Positions 49,501-61,500 of a DNA stretch of 64,000 nucleotides are shown one piece after another. The position numbers and the translations under genes were made by a program. Source of the DNA: Malacoraja senta (lineage: Eukaryota); contig CM075998.1 in NCBI GenBank assembly GCA_038087875.1, positions 5,830,001-5,894,000 on the forward strand, read 5' to 3'. Each line of letters opens with the position of its first letter. The first letter of the stretch is position 1. Under the pieces are notes generated by a model. It was not told the DNA's origin. It ran no database searches and saw only the letters and a program-made list of their open reading frames with translations.

Positions 49501-52500
49501 TCGACCTGGAACGTCACCCATTCCTTCTCCCCGGAGATGCTGCCTGTCCCGCTGAGTTACTCCAGCTTTTTGTGACTATCTTTGATTGATTGATGGATTG
49601 ATACTTTATTATCACATGTGAGATGCCACAGTGAGTGAAACTCTTTGGTTTGCGTACCATACACAAGAGTATGCAAAGAGGGGCCACGTATAGGGCGTCG
49701 CCAAGGTTACAATGTGTTCAATATAGTCCCAATGATCCATCTGTTCTCAGTGTCCCCACCCCACGCCCCTCTGTTCTCAATGTCCCCACCCCAGGCCAGG
49801 TCCCTCTTTGTTCTCAGCGGCGGGTCCTCGACGGGCCTCTAGCACCCACCGGGGCCACATCCTTGGGCAGAGTTGGTGACAGTCTTCAATGAACTGGACG
49901 GGTCTTTTCTGGTGCTTTTCTTGCTGTGGTTTCAATATTAAGCAAGAATGACTTGCGTTGCCACAGAACTTCTCATCAACTCAAGAAGTCTCTGAGGCCT
50001 TTAGAGCCAATTAAATATCCTGCAAGCATAGTTGTATTGAAATTGGGATATATGCAGCAACTAAGCATTGAGATATTCACAACAGCCTCCCACAAACGGC
50101 CTTGAGCTGTTGGCCTGCTGGTCTGTTTACCGAGGGTGGCTGAAGGTAAACGATCGGCCGGCAGGGCTTGTAGAATTCTCCTGCTCCTCTCGCCAAGGAC
50201 CATGGAGTTTTTAGTGCCCACCTGAGATGGTAGAAAGGTTCTTGGTTTGCCATTCATTCTAAAGGTGGCGAGAGTGTGGAGCTCCCCTCAGTATTGCGCT
50301 GCAATGCAAAGGCAGTCAAGTCAAGTCAAGTCACATTTATTTATATACCACATTTAAAAAAACAACTCTCGTTGGCCAAAGTGCTTTACATTTGTTATAA
50401 GAATAGCATAAACAAAACAAACTACATACATATATACATGTAGCCCTCACTCAGAGGACGTCAGGAAAGGCTTGGGAGTATAGATAAGTCTTTAGTCTTG
50501 ACTTAAAGGAGTTGATGGAGGGGGCAGTTCTGATGGGAAAAGGGGATGCTGTTCCACAGTCCTAGGGGCTGCAACCGCAAAGGCCCGGTCGCCCCTGAGC
50601 TTATGCCTAGACCGTGGGATATTCAGCAACCCCAAGTCGGTCGATCTGAGGGGCCTGGAGGTGGAGTAGTGGGTGAGAAGACTTTTTATGTAGGTGGGGG
50701 CAAGCCCATTGAGGGCTTTGTAGACATGGAGGATGATCTTGAAGTTTATACGGAACCGCACAGGGAGCCAGTGGAGAGAGGCCAGGATCGGGGTGATGTG
50801 GTCCCATTTTTCAGGGGCCCGTCAAGTGTCGAGTGTCAGAGCCTCGAACCTCCTGACCAAGACACCGCGTCAGACTTTAATGGTCACCAATCTAATTGTA
50901 CTTTGCTCATGTGTGCTTGCAGGTGAATTTCCTGAGGGAAGGCTGTGGTCCTGATAAGATTTGTCAGAGCAATCTACAGTTGAAGTATAGATTTGGCACC
51001 AGACTGAACGATGCCTTCCAGCCATTGCCACTGTAAGAACGGTTTCTTTCCTCAGATATTCTTATCTGTATCTGCAGCATTGTAAAGCTTTTGTTTAATT
51101 GGCATTCTTTATGTTGCTATCTCACTTACTTCCTCTCACACTGTTCCGACTCATTTCGTGGGAAATTCCAGGACAAAGCCTCAGAGATTAAATGCGTACG
51201 AAGGAACTGCAGATGCTGGTTTAAACCGAAGATAGACACAAAATGCCAGGGTCTGTGAAAAGAAGAAATGGGTGACATTTCGGGTCGAGACCCTTCTTCA
51301 GACTGAGAGTCAGGGGAAAGGGAAATGAGAGATATAGACGGTGATGTAGAGAGGTGTAGAACAAATGGAAGAAAGATATGCAAAAAAGTAACGATGATAA
51401 AGGAAACAGGCCATTGTTGGCTGTGGGCTAGGTGAGAACTAAATGCTGGTGCGACTTGGGTGGCGGAGGGATGGAGAGAGAGGGAGTGCAGTGGTTACTT
51501 GAAGTTAGAGACATCAATATTCATACCACTGGTGCAAGGCTGCCCATTGTAAGCTGCCCAAGTGAAATATAAGATGCTGTTGATTGTACATTAAAGGTAC
51601 ATAAAATGGTACTTTTGGTAAACCTCACGTTTGCTTGTTATTGCGCACTTCTGCCATGCCTTATTCAGTGACCATTTTCATCACATCGCTGACTGTCATG
51701 TTTGTCTGTCTCTGTGAAATTCGGCTCTTGGGGCGGCACGGTGGCGCAGCGGTAGAGTTGCTGCCTCACAGCGCCAGAGACCCGGGTTCCATCCTGACTA
51801 CGGGTGCTGTCTGTACGGAGTTTGTACCTTCTCCCTGTGAACTGCTCCGGTTTCCTCCCACACTCCAAAGATGTACAGGTATGGAGGTTAATTGGCTTTG
51901 GTAAAGATTGTAAATTGTCCCTAGTGTGTGTAGGTAGTGTTAGTGTACGGGGATCGCTGGTCGGCGCGGACTCGGTGGGCCGAAGGGCCCGTTTCCGTGC
52001 TGTATCTGTAAACTAAACTAAAACTAAACTAAACCAGGGCAGTGTGTTTGACCAGGCCTCCGAGCCTGACGGCAATCTTGTTGGTCTAACGTCTGGTACT
52101 GTGCTGTTCTATGCCCACCATCTCTGCCACTAAATTTGTCCCTCTCGTAACATCTGCACAGTCCCCCCCCGTCCCACCCCACCTTGCCTCACGTTCACTC
52201 CGACTATCTCTGGCCTGGGCACCTGCACCCCTCCCCCCCTCCGCCATTGCCCACACTCCAGCCCAGACACCATCAACACACTCCCCGCAACATTCCCATC
52301 ACTGCCCTGTTATCAGTTGAGGCTGGCATCTCTCTGCCAAAAGCCCCACATTCCACCAGTGTTCCCACAGCTCAGCCCTGCACACACCCTGCACCAATCC
52401 CTCACGGGTGCCTCAGAGCTGCCGTACCCTAACACCATGCTCTCATGCCCATCCCCTTTCAACCTCTCCCAGATGCCCCTTAAGCCTCTCCCTGACCCCT

Positions 52501-55500
52501 GGTCCTCCAAAGCCCCACAATCACTATCACATTATTACGTTTAAGAAACATATGGATAGGACAGGTTTAGAGGGATATGGGCCAAACGCAGGCAGGTGGG
52601 ACTGGTGTAGATGAGGCATGTTGGTCGGCGTGGGCTGAAGGGCATGTTTCCACGCTGTGTGACTCTGTGACTCTAAGCATTGCCCTCAAGTCCAGCACCA
52701 ACCCAACCAAACATCCCCAGTACCATCTGCAGCACTCTGTCTGCCTGCAACATCTTTCCCATTCCGGATTGTGTTCAGTTCTGGGCACCGTGTTATAGCA
52801 AAGATATTGTCAAGCTGGAAAGGGTACAGAGAAGATTTACGAGGATGTTGCCAGGACTCGAGGGCCTGAGCTACAGGGAGAGGTTGAGCAGGCTGGGACT
52901 CTATTCCTTGGAGCGCAGGAGGATGAGGGGTGATCTTATAGAGGTGTATAAAATCATGAGAGGAATAGATCGGGTAGATGCACAGAGTCTCTTGCCCAGA
53001 GTAGGGGAATCGAGGACCAGAGGACATAGGCTTAAGGTGAAGGGGAAAAGATTTAATAGGAATCTGAGGGGTAACTTTTTGACACAAAGGGTGGTGGGTG
53101 TATGGAACAAGCTGCCAGAGGAGGTAGTTGAGGCAGGATCTTTCCCAACATTTAAAAAACTGGTAGACAGGTACATGGATAGGACAGGTTTGGAGGGATA
53201 TGGACCAAACGTGGGCAGGTGGGATTAGTGCAGCTGGGTCATGTTGGTCGGTGAGGGCAAGTTAGGCCGAAGGGCCTGTTTCCACTCGACGACGAGGATT
53301 GACCTCGTTAAATGACCTTATAGCAAGCTCCCTGGCACTGTGATTTACAGTCTACCTGCACCTATCAACATAACTGAAGTTGAGGACCAACCATTGCGAG
53401 CTCCAGGTTTAGTTGAGTTAGCTTAGCCAGTTTCCATGAACAGAAACCCAATTCTACACCAATCTTTGAGCCACATGTTCTCCAATATTATTTAGTTTAG
53501 TTTAGTTTAGTTTAGAGATACAGCGGTGAAACAGGCCCTTCGGCCCACCGAGTCCGCGCCGACCAGCGATCCCCGCACACTAACACTACCCTACACACTC
53601 AGGACAATTTACAATCTTCACCAAAGCAAATTAACCTACAAACCTGTGCATTTTTGGAGTGTGTGAGGAAACCGCAACACCCGGAGAAAACCCACGCGCT
53701 CACAGGTTGAAGGTACAAACTTCGTACAGACAGCACCCGTAGTCAGGATGGAACCAGGGTCTCTGGTGCTGTGAGGCAGCAACTCTACCGCTGCACCATC
53801 GTGCCACCCAAATGTTAGTCCTGATAGCACAGGAAGATTGTAGAGCATAGGTCTCCCGGTGAGCAGTGCCGCCAGACTCTTCATCTTCCCTTTCCTCTTC
53901 ACGTTGGGACCCACCTCCCCATGAGATGCCTGCCTCACCTGACCATGTGACGAGCATTTGGCTAACGTGAGTCGTTCACCTTCCCTGTTTTACCCACGGC
54001 TGCAGAAAGACAATCCCACAGGTCGATACTGCCCTATCACTGCAAAGTTGAGGGGAGATGTCTGTTTAGTTTAGAGATACAGTGCGTAAACAGGCCTTTC
54101 GGCCCACCGTGTCCAGACCGACCAGCGATCCCCGCACACTAACACTATCCTACACTACACTAGGGACGATTTTTACATTGACCAAGCCAATTAACCTACA
54201 AACATGCACGTCTTTGGAGTGTGGGAGGATACAGAAGATCGCAGAGAAAATCCACGCAGGTCACGGGGAGAACTTACAAACTCCGTACAGACAGCACCCG
54301 TGGTCTGGATGGAACCCGGGTCTCTGGCGCTGTGAGGCAGCAACTCTACCGCTGCGCCACCGTGCCACACTGCCCATCTTCTGTCACGTACACTGGACAC
54401 ATAATACTGTACATCGTTGCCAACACTCTGCCTCTGAAACTCAGATTGTTTGAAGTCAGTGGAGCCCAGTTTTGGAAGTGGCGCATGTTGCATTGACAGC
54501 GGTGCTGCAAGCTGAACGCAAGTGAACAAGGACAAATTTCTCCCCTTATCTGACTCCCTTTTGTCTCCTTTTCACCTCTAACCTTTATCACTCCACCCTA
54601 CTGCCAATCAATCCACCCATCACTTGTATCCACCCATCACTTGCCAGGCTCTGTCTATTCCCAACACAGCTGCTGCCTGACCCGTTGAGTTACTCCAGCA
54701 CTTTGTGATGTATTCAAGATTGCAGCATCCGCAGTTCCGTGTCTACAAATTTCTATCTGCTCATTTTTGGTCTGGTGATGAGGTGGGATTCTGAGTAGCA
54801 AGTACTCACCAAACAGGCTGTGGAAGAAGGGTCTCAACCTGAAACGTCACCCATCTCTTCTCTCCAGAGATGCTGCCTGAGTTACTCCAGCTTTTTGTGT
54901 CTATCTTTGGTTTAAACCAGCATCTGCAGTTCCTTCCTACACAGGCTTTGGAAGTTGGCCTGGCCTTTTCATAAGAAGCTCAGTAAATCATGAAGAACCC
55001 TCTGGGAAAATTGCGTTAAAGATTAATGCGTTTTAACTGAAACAAGATCATGGATCAGAAAGCATTCCACATTCTTATGGTTAGCTAAGTAGAATTGTGC
55101 TCATGGATTCAAAATGTCGAATGTGACAGACACTTAAATGCTCCTTAACATAAGATAGAACTAGTGCGAAGATCGGGTTCGATCCTGACTGGGGGTGCTG
55201 TCTGTAAGTTCTCCCCGTGACCGCATGGATTTTCTCCGAGATCTTCAGGCTCCTCCCACACTCCAAAGACGTGCAGGTTTGTAGGTTAATTGGCTTGGTA
55301 TAAGTGTAAATTGTCCCTTGTGTGTGTAGGATAGTGTTAGTGTGTGGGGATCGCTGGTCGGTGCTGACTCGGTGGGCTGTTTCTGCGCTGTGTCTCTAAA
55401 CAAAACTAAACTAAAATACCTGTGGTGCCACATCATGCCAATGGGCACAGGTTCAGTAAAATCCATGTCATTCACACCAGGCCGATGGCTTGCAAGGGGA

Positions 55501-58500
55501 AGGTCCCAGAGAGGGAGAGTAGCTGCAGCTGCTCGAGGTTTATGGAAGGGTGGGTAGGGGGTGAGGGGGTAGACATGGTTACTCACGGCAGCAACTGCCT
55601 GTTGTTTGGCAACAGTTTGCCCAAAACCTGGCAGCCTGGTTTGTAGAGGACTGAGTCACAGCATGGGAATGCAACAAGGTAGACACAATAGACAATAGAC
55701 AATAGGTGCAGGAGGAGGCCATTTGGCCCTTCGAGCCAGCACCGCCATTCAATGTGATCATGGCTGATCATCCCCAATCAGTACCCCGTTCCTGCCTTCT
55801 CCCCATATCCCCTGACTCCGCTATCTTTAAGAGCCCTGTCCAGCTCTCTCTTGAAAGTATCCAGAGAACCTGCCTCCACCGCCCTCTGAGGCAGAGAATT
55901 CCACAGACACATCTCTGGAGAGAAGGAGAAAAGAGTCTCCACCCGAAACATCACCCATTCCTTCCCTCCAGAGATGCTGCCTGTCCCGCTGAGTTATTCC
56001 AGCTTTTTGTGTCTATCTTTGGTGTAAACCAGCATCTGCAGTTGCTTAAGTAACTCAGCGGGACAGGCAGCATCTCTGGAGAGAAGGAATGGGTGATGTT
56101 TTGGGTCGAGACCCTTCTTCATACTAGTTAGGGAAAAGGGAAACGAGAGATATAGACGATGATGTGGAGAGATAAAGAACAATGAATGAAAGTTTTGCAA
56201 AAAAGTACCGATGATAAAGGAAACAGGCCATTGTTAGCTGTTTGTTGGGTGAAAATGAGAAGCTGGTGCGACTTGGGTGGGGGAGGGATGGAGAGAGAGG
56301 AAGTTCCTATATATCATCGTCTATATCTCTCATTTCCCTTATCCCTAACCAGTCTGAAGAAGGGTCTCGACCCAAAACGTCACCCATTCCTTCTCTCCAG
56401 AGATGCTGCCTGTCCCGCTGAGTTACTTAAACAACTGCAGATGCTGATTTACACCGAAAATAGACACAAAAAAGCTGGAGTAACTCAGCGGGACAGGCAG
56501 CATCTCTGGAGAGAAGGAATGGGTGATGTTTTGGGTAGAGACCCTTCTCCAGTCTGTGCAAGGGTCTCGACTCGAAACGTCACCCATTCCTTCTCTCCAG
56601 AGATGCTGCCTGCCCCGTTTAAACTCCATCCTGACCGCTCTCTGGCATTTCTCCTGAATTTCTTACTAGGTGTTTTGCTTTTGGATATTTTCACCCTTTG
56701 TGTCATCATCTCAGTTATTAGAATCTCTCTGCTTATCTTGTAATGGGGGATAGGAAATAAGGAAGAAACCTATTCTGTTTTCCTTCCTCTGCCAATTCCT
56801 TGTTTTTGTTGCACTGACCATCTCTTTTACCCACTTTTCCTCGACATGACAAAATGGAGTCACGTTGACATTTATTGCAGGCAGTTCTGGTCTCCCCATT
56901 ACAGGAAGGATGTGGAGGCTTTGGAATGGGTGCAGAAGAGGTTTACCAGAATGATGCTTAGATTAGGAGGATAGACACAAATTGCTGGAGTAACTCAGCG
57001 GGACAGGCAGCATCCCTGGATAGAAGGAATGGGTGATGTTTCATTTCGAGACCCTTCTTCAGACTGAAAGTCAGGGGAAAGGGAAACAAGAGATATAGAC
57101 GGTGATGTAGAGAGATATAGAACAAATGAATGAAAGATATTCAAAAAAGTAACAATTATAAATGAAACAGGCCATTGTTAGCTGTTTGCTAGGTGAGAAC
57201 GAGAAGCTGGTGTTTCTTGGGTGGGGGAGGGATGGAGAGAGGAAATGCAGGGGTTACTTGGGGTTAGAGAAATCAATATTCATACCACTGGGTGAAATAT
57301 GAGAAGCTGTTCCTCCAATTTGCGTTTAGCCTCACTCTGACAATGGAGGAGACCTAGGACAGAAAGGTCTGTGTAGGAATGGGAAGGAGAATTAAAGTGT
57401 TTGGCAACCAGGAGATCAGGTTGGTTCAGGCGAGCTGACCGAAGGAGTTCAGCGAAACGATCGCCCAGTCTACGTTTGGTCTCGCTGATGTATAAGAGTC
57501 CACATCTTGAACAAGGGATGCAGCAGATGAGGTTGGAGGAGGTGCAAGTGAACCTCTGCCCAACTTGAAAGTATTGTCGGGATTCCCTGGACAGAGTCAA
57601 GGGAGGAGATATGGGGACAGGTGTTGCATCTTGCGCAGTTATTAGGGGGTATTGGCAACAGGGACAGACTTGGATTGTTTTCACTGGAACGATAGAGGCT
57701 GAGGGGAGACCCAATAGAAGCATATAAGATTTTCAGTGGATAGATAGGGTAGACACCTGGAAGCTTTTTCCCAGGGTTAAAATGTCGAACACTACGGGGC
57801 ATAGCTTTAGTGAGAGGGGCAAAGTTTAATGTATGGAGGGTGGTGGGTGCCATGAAGGCGCTGCCAGGGGTGCTGCTGGAGAGAGATACGATACTGGCTT
57901 TTAAGTGACTTTTCGATAGACTAATGGATGTAGAGGGAATGGAGGGATATGGATCACAAGCAGGCAGACATGAGTTGGTTTTGGAATCATTGTTCGGTAC
58001 AGACGTTGTGGGCCGAAGGGCCTTTTACTGTACTGTACTCTTCTATGTTCCATCTTTCTTTCTGCACCATAATGCTGACAATTCTCAATATTGTGAAGAA
58101 GGAGGTGGCAGACAAGACTGAACTGTGGGTGTAATCTTACCTGAAGGGCAGTGGGTTGAGTTATTTATCATGTGCCATCTTCATTGCAGAGATGAACAAG
58201 GAAGGCAAGTGTTCTCCTTCAGTGACCAGAAGGACATTGCATTGGAGATCACCGTCACTAACCTCCCGACTGACCCCAGGAACCCAAGTAAAGATGGAGA
58301 CGACGCACACGAGGCCGTTCTCACGGCAAACTTCCCCGACACACTCTCCTACTCTGCTTTCCGATCATCTCAGGTACCAGAAAAATCTCCACATCCCAAC
58401 AGACAAGGCGGTAGTTTGCTTTTCTCTGCATAGTTATTTGCAATATTGTATGAAGACACTCTAAAGACAGATCCAAAGCAAGAACTTGCTACAGGTTTCT

Positions 58501-61500
58501 TTCAGTTGAGAAAGACCAGAGTCTTTTTCGTGGACATAAATGTGTCGACACGCATGATTAATAGACGTGCACGTCACTTGGCCAGAAAACGCAATAATGA
58601 TGTTTAACTTTTTAGAGTTGTTGGCGGGATGGCGGGACTGTCATATGTTGATAGAATGGAGCGGCTGGGCTTGTACACTCTGGAATTTAGAAGGATGAGA
58701 GGGAATCTTATTGAAACATATAAGATTATTAAGGGTTTGGACTCGCTAGAGGCAGGAACCATGTTCCCGATGTTGGGGGAGTCCAGAACCAGGGGCCACA
58801 GTTTAAGAATAAGGAGTAAGCCATTTAGAACGGAGATGAGGAAACATTTTTTCACACAGAGAGTTGTGAGTCTGTGGAATTCTCTGCCTCAGAGGCTGGT
58901 GGAGGCAGGTTCTCTGGATGCTTTCAAGAGAGAGTTAGATAGAGCTCTTAAAGATAGCGGAGTCAGGGGATATGGGGAGAAGGCAGGAACGGGATACTGA
59001 TTGGGGATGATCAGCAATGAATGGCAGTGCTGCCTTGAAGGGCCGAATGGCCTATTCCTGCACCTATTGTCTATTGCTGTGCCATACCAGTTCATACCAT
59101 CACTAAAATCGCCAAATACCCTTGCCATAGGTACTGTTGGAGGTTCCGAGACTGGTATCCATGGTAGCACATATATGAAGGTGAATCCTATCAGACCAGA
59201 TTGGGGATTGAATTTTAAGCAATTAACTAAATTTAGAAAGCAAAGTTCTTAACAGTTACATTGGCATAAAAAAAACTCTGGGTCATTGTGAAAGGCCATT
59301 GTTCATCAGGAAAGGAACTTGCTATTGTGTAGGAAGGAACTGCAGATGATGCTTTAAACCGAAGATAGACACAAAAAGCTGCTAAGCTGTTTGCTAAGTA
59401 TTGCTAAGTGAGAATGAGAAGCAGGTGCACCTTGGGTGGGGGAGGGATGGAGAGAGAGGGAGTTCTTACTTGAGGTTAAAGAAGTCAATGTTCATACCAC
59501 TGGGGTGTAAGCTTCCCAAGCGAAATATGAGATGCTGTTCGTCCAATTTGCATTTAGCCTCACTCTGACAATGGAGGAGGCCCAGGACAGATAGGTCAGT
59601 GTGGGAATGGGAAGGAGAATTAAGGTGTTTAGCAACCGGGAGATCAGGTAGATTCACGCGGACTGAGCGAAGGTGTTCAGCGAAGTTATCACCCATGGTC
59701 TCGCCGATGGAACTTGCCATTGGTTTGAATGGATGTGAATCCAGATCCACCAACTAGTGTAGAACATAAAGCGCTGGAGTAACTCAGCGGGTCAGGCAGC
59801 ATCTGTGGAGAACATGGATAGGTGACGTTTCACAGAGTGCTGGAGTAACTCAGCGGGTCAGGCAGCATCTGTGGAGAACATGGATAGGTGACGTTTCACA
59901 GAGTGCTGGAGTAACTCAGCGGGTCAGGCAGCATCTGTGGAGAACATGGATAGGTGACGTTTCACAGAGTGCTGGAGTAACTCAGCGGGTCAGGCAGCAT
60001 CTGTGGAGAACATGGATAGGTGACGTTTCACAGAGTGCTGGAGTAACTCAGCGGGTCAGGCAGCATCTGTGGAGAACATGGATAGGTGACGTTTCACAGA
60101 GTGCTGGAGTAACTCAGCGGGTCAGGCAGCATCTGTGGAGAACATGGATAGGTGACGTTTCACAGAGTGCTGGGGTAACTCAGCGGGTCAGGCAGCATCT
60201 GTGGAGAACATGGATAGGTGACGTTTCGGATCGGGACCTTTCTTCAGATAGGTGGATACAGGTGAGTGGGAGGCTTGATTGGCAGATGAGTGGAAAAGGC
60301 TGGAGATGACAAGGAGACAAAAGGGAGACAGAGAGAGAAGAGGAGTGAAATGTAAAGCCAGAGGGAGGGGTGAAGGTGGAAGGGGACAGGGCTGTGGGAA
60401 GGGGGAGCGAGATAGTGGGAGAAATGGGTGCCACTGGGATGTTTGGCAAATCTCTGAAGTGACTGGGGTATGGGTGGGCCGGGTGTCAGGCACGCACGGT
60501 GGTGCAGCGGTAGAGTTGCTGCCTTATAGCACTTGCAGCGCCAGAGTCCCGGGTTCAATCCCGACTACGGGCGCTGTCTGAACATAGTTTGTACGTTCTC
60601 CCCTTGACCTATGTGGGTTTTCTCCGGGATCTTCAGTTTCCTCCCACACTCCAAAGACGTACAGGTTTGTAGGTTAATTGCAGGGCCGGATTTAGATGAA
60701 GAGAGGCCCTAGGCTATTCCACTTGTGAGGCCCCTCCCAATCCCCTATGTAAGGCCCCTCCCAATCAGCCTATGAAGCCTATAGGTAAATCCGGCCCTGC
60801 CGAGGCCCCCCTAGATCTCGAGGCCCTAAGCTTAAGCTTGTGAAGCTTATACGTAAATCCGGCCCTGGTTAATTGGCTTGGTATAAGTGTAAATTGTCCC
60901 TTGTGTGTGTTGGGTAATGTTAGTGTGCGGGGATCGCTGGTCGGTGCTGACTCGGTGGGCTGTTTCTGCGCTGTGTCTCTAAACAAAACGTAACTAAAAT
61001 ACCTGTGGTGCCACATCATGCCAATGGGCACAGGATCAGTAAAATCCATGTCATTCACACCAGGCCGATGGCTTGCAAGGGGAAGGTCCCAGAGAGGGAG
61101 AGTAGCTGCAGCTGCTCGAGGTTTATGGAAGGGTGGGTAGGGGGTGAGGGGGTAGACATGGTTACTCACGGCAGCAACTGCCTGTTGTTTGGCAACAGTT
61201 TGCCCAAAACCTGGCAGCCTGGTTTGTAGAGGCCACGGGGGAAGCGGACTGAGTCACAGCGTGGGAATGCAACAAGGTCGACTAGACACAAAATGCTGGA
61301 ATAAATCAGCGGGACAGGCAGCATCTGTGGAGTGAAGGAATGGGTGATGTTTCGGGTCAAGACCCTTCTTCAAACTGAAGAAGGGTCTCGACCCGAAACG
61401 TCACCCATTCCTTCCATCCAGAGATGCTGCCTGTCCCACTGAGTTGCTCCAGTAATTTGTCCCTATCTTCGGTTGAAACCAGCATCTGCAGTTCCTTCCT

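Noticed and set aside
59773..60228. 66-bp arrays as a CRISPR array or a 22-aa repeat protein ([22 protein letters not shown])n
   Set aside because: There are no variable spacers, the context is vertebrate, and the open frame follows from a stop-free 66-nt unit derived from non-coding pLTR sequence.
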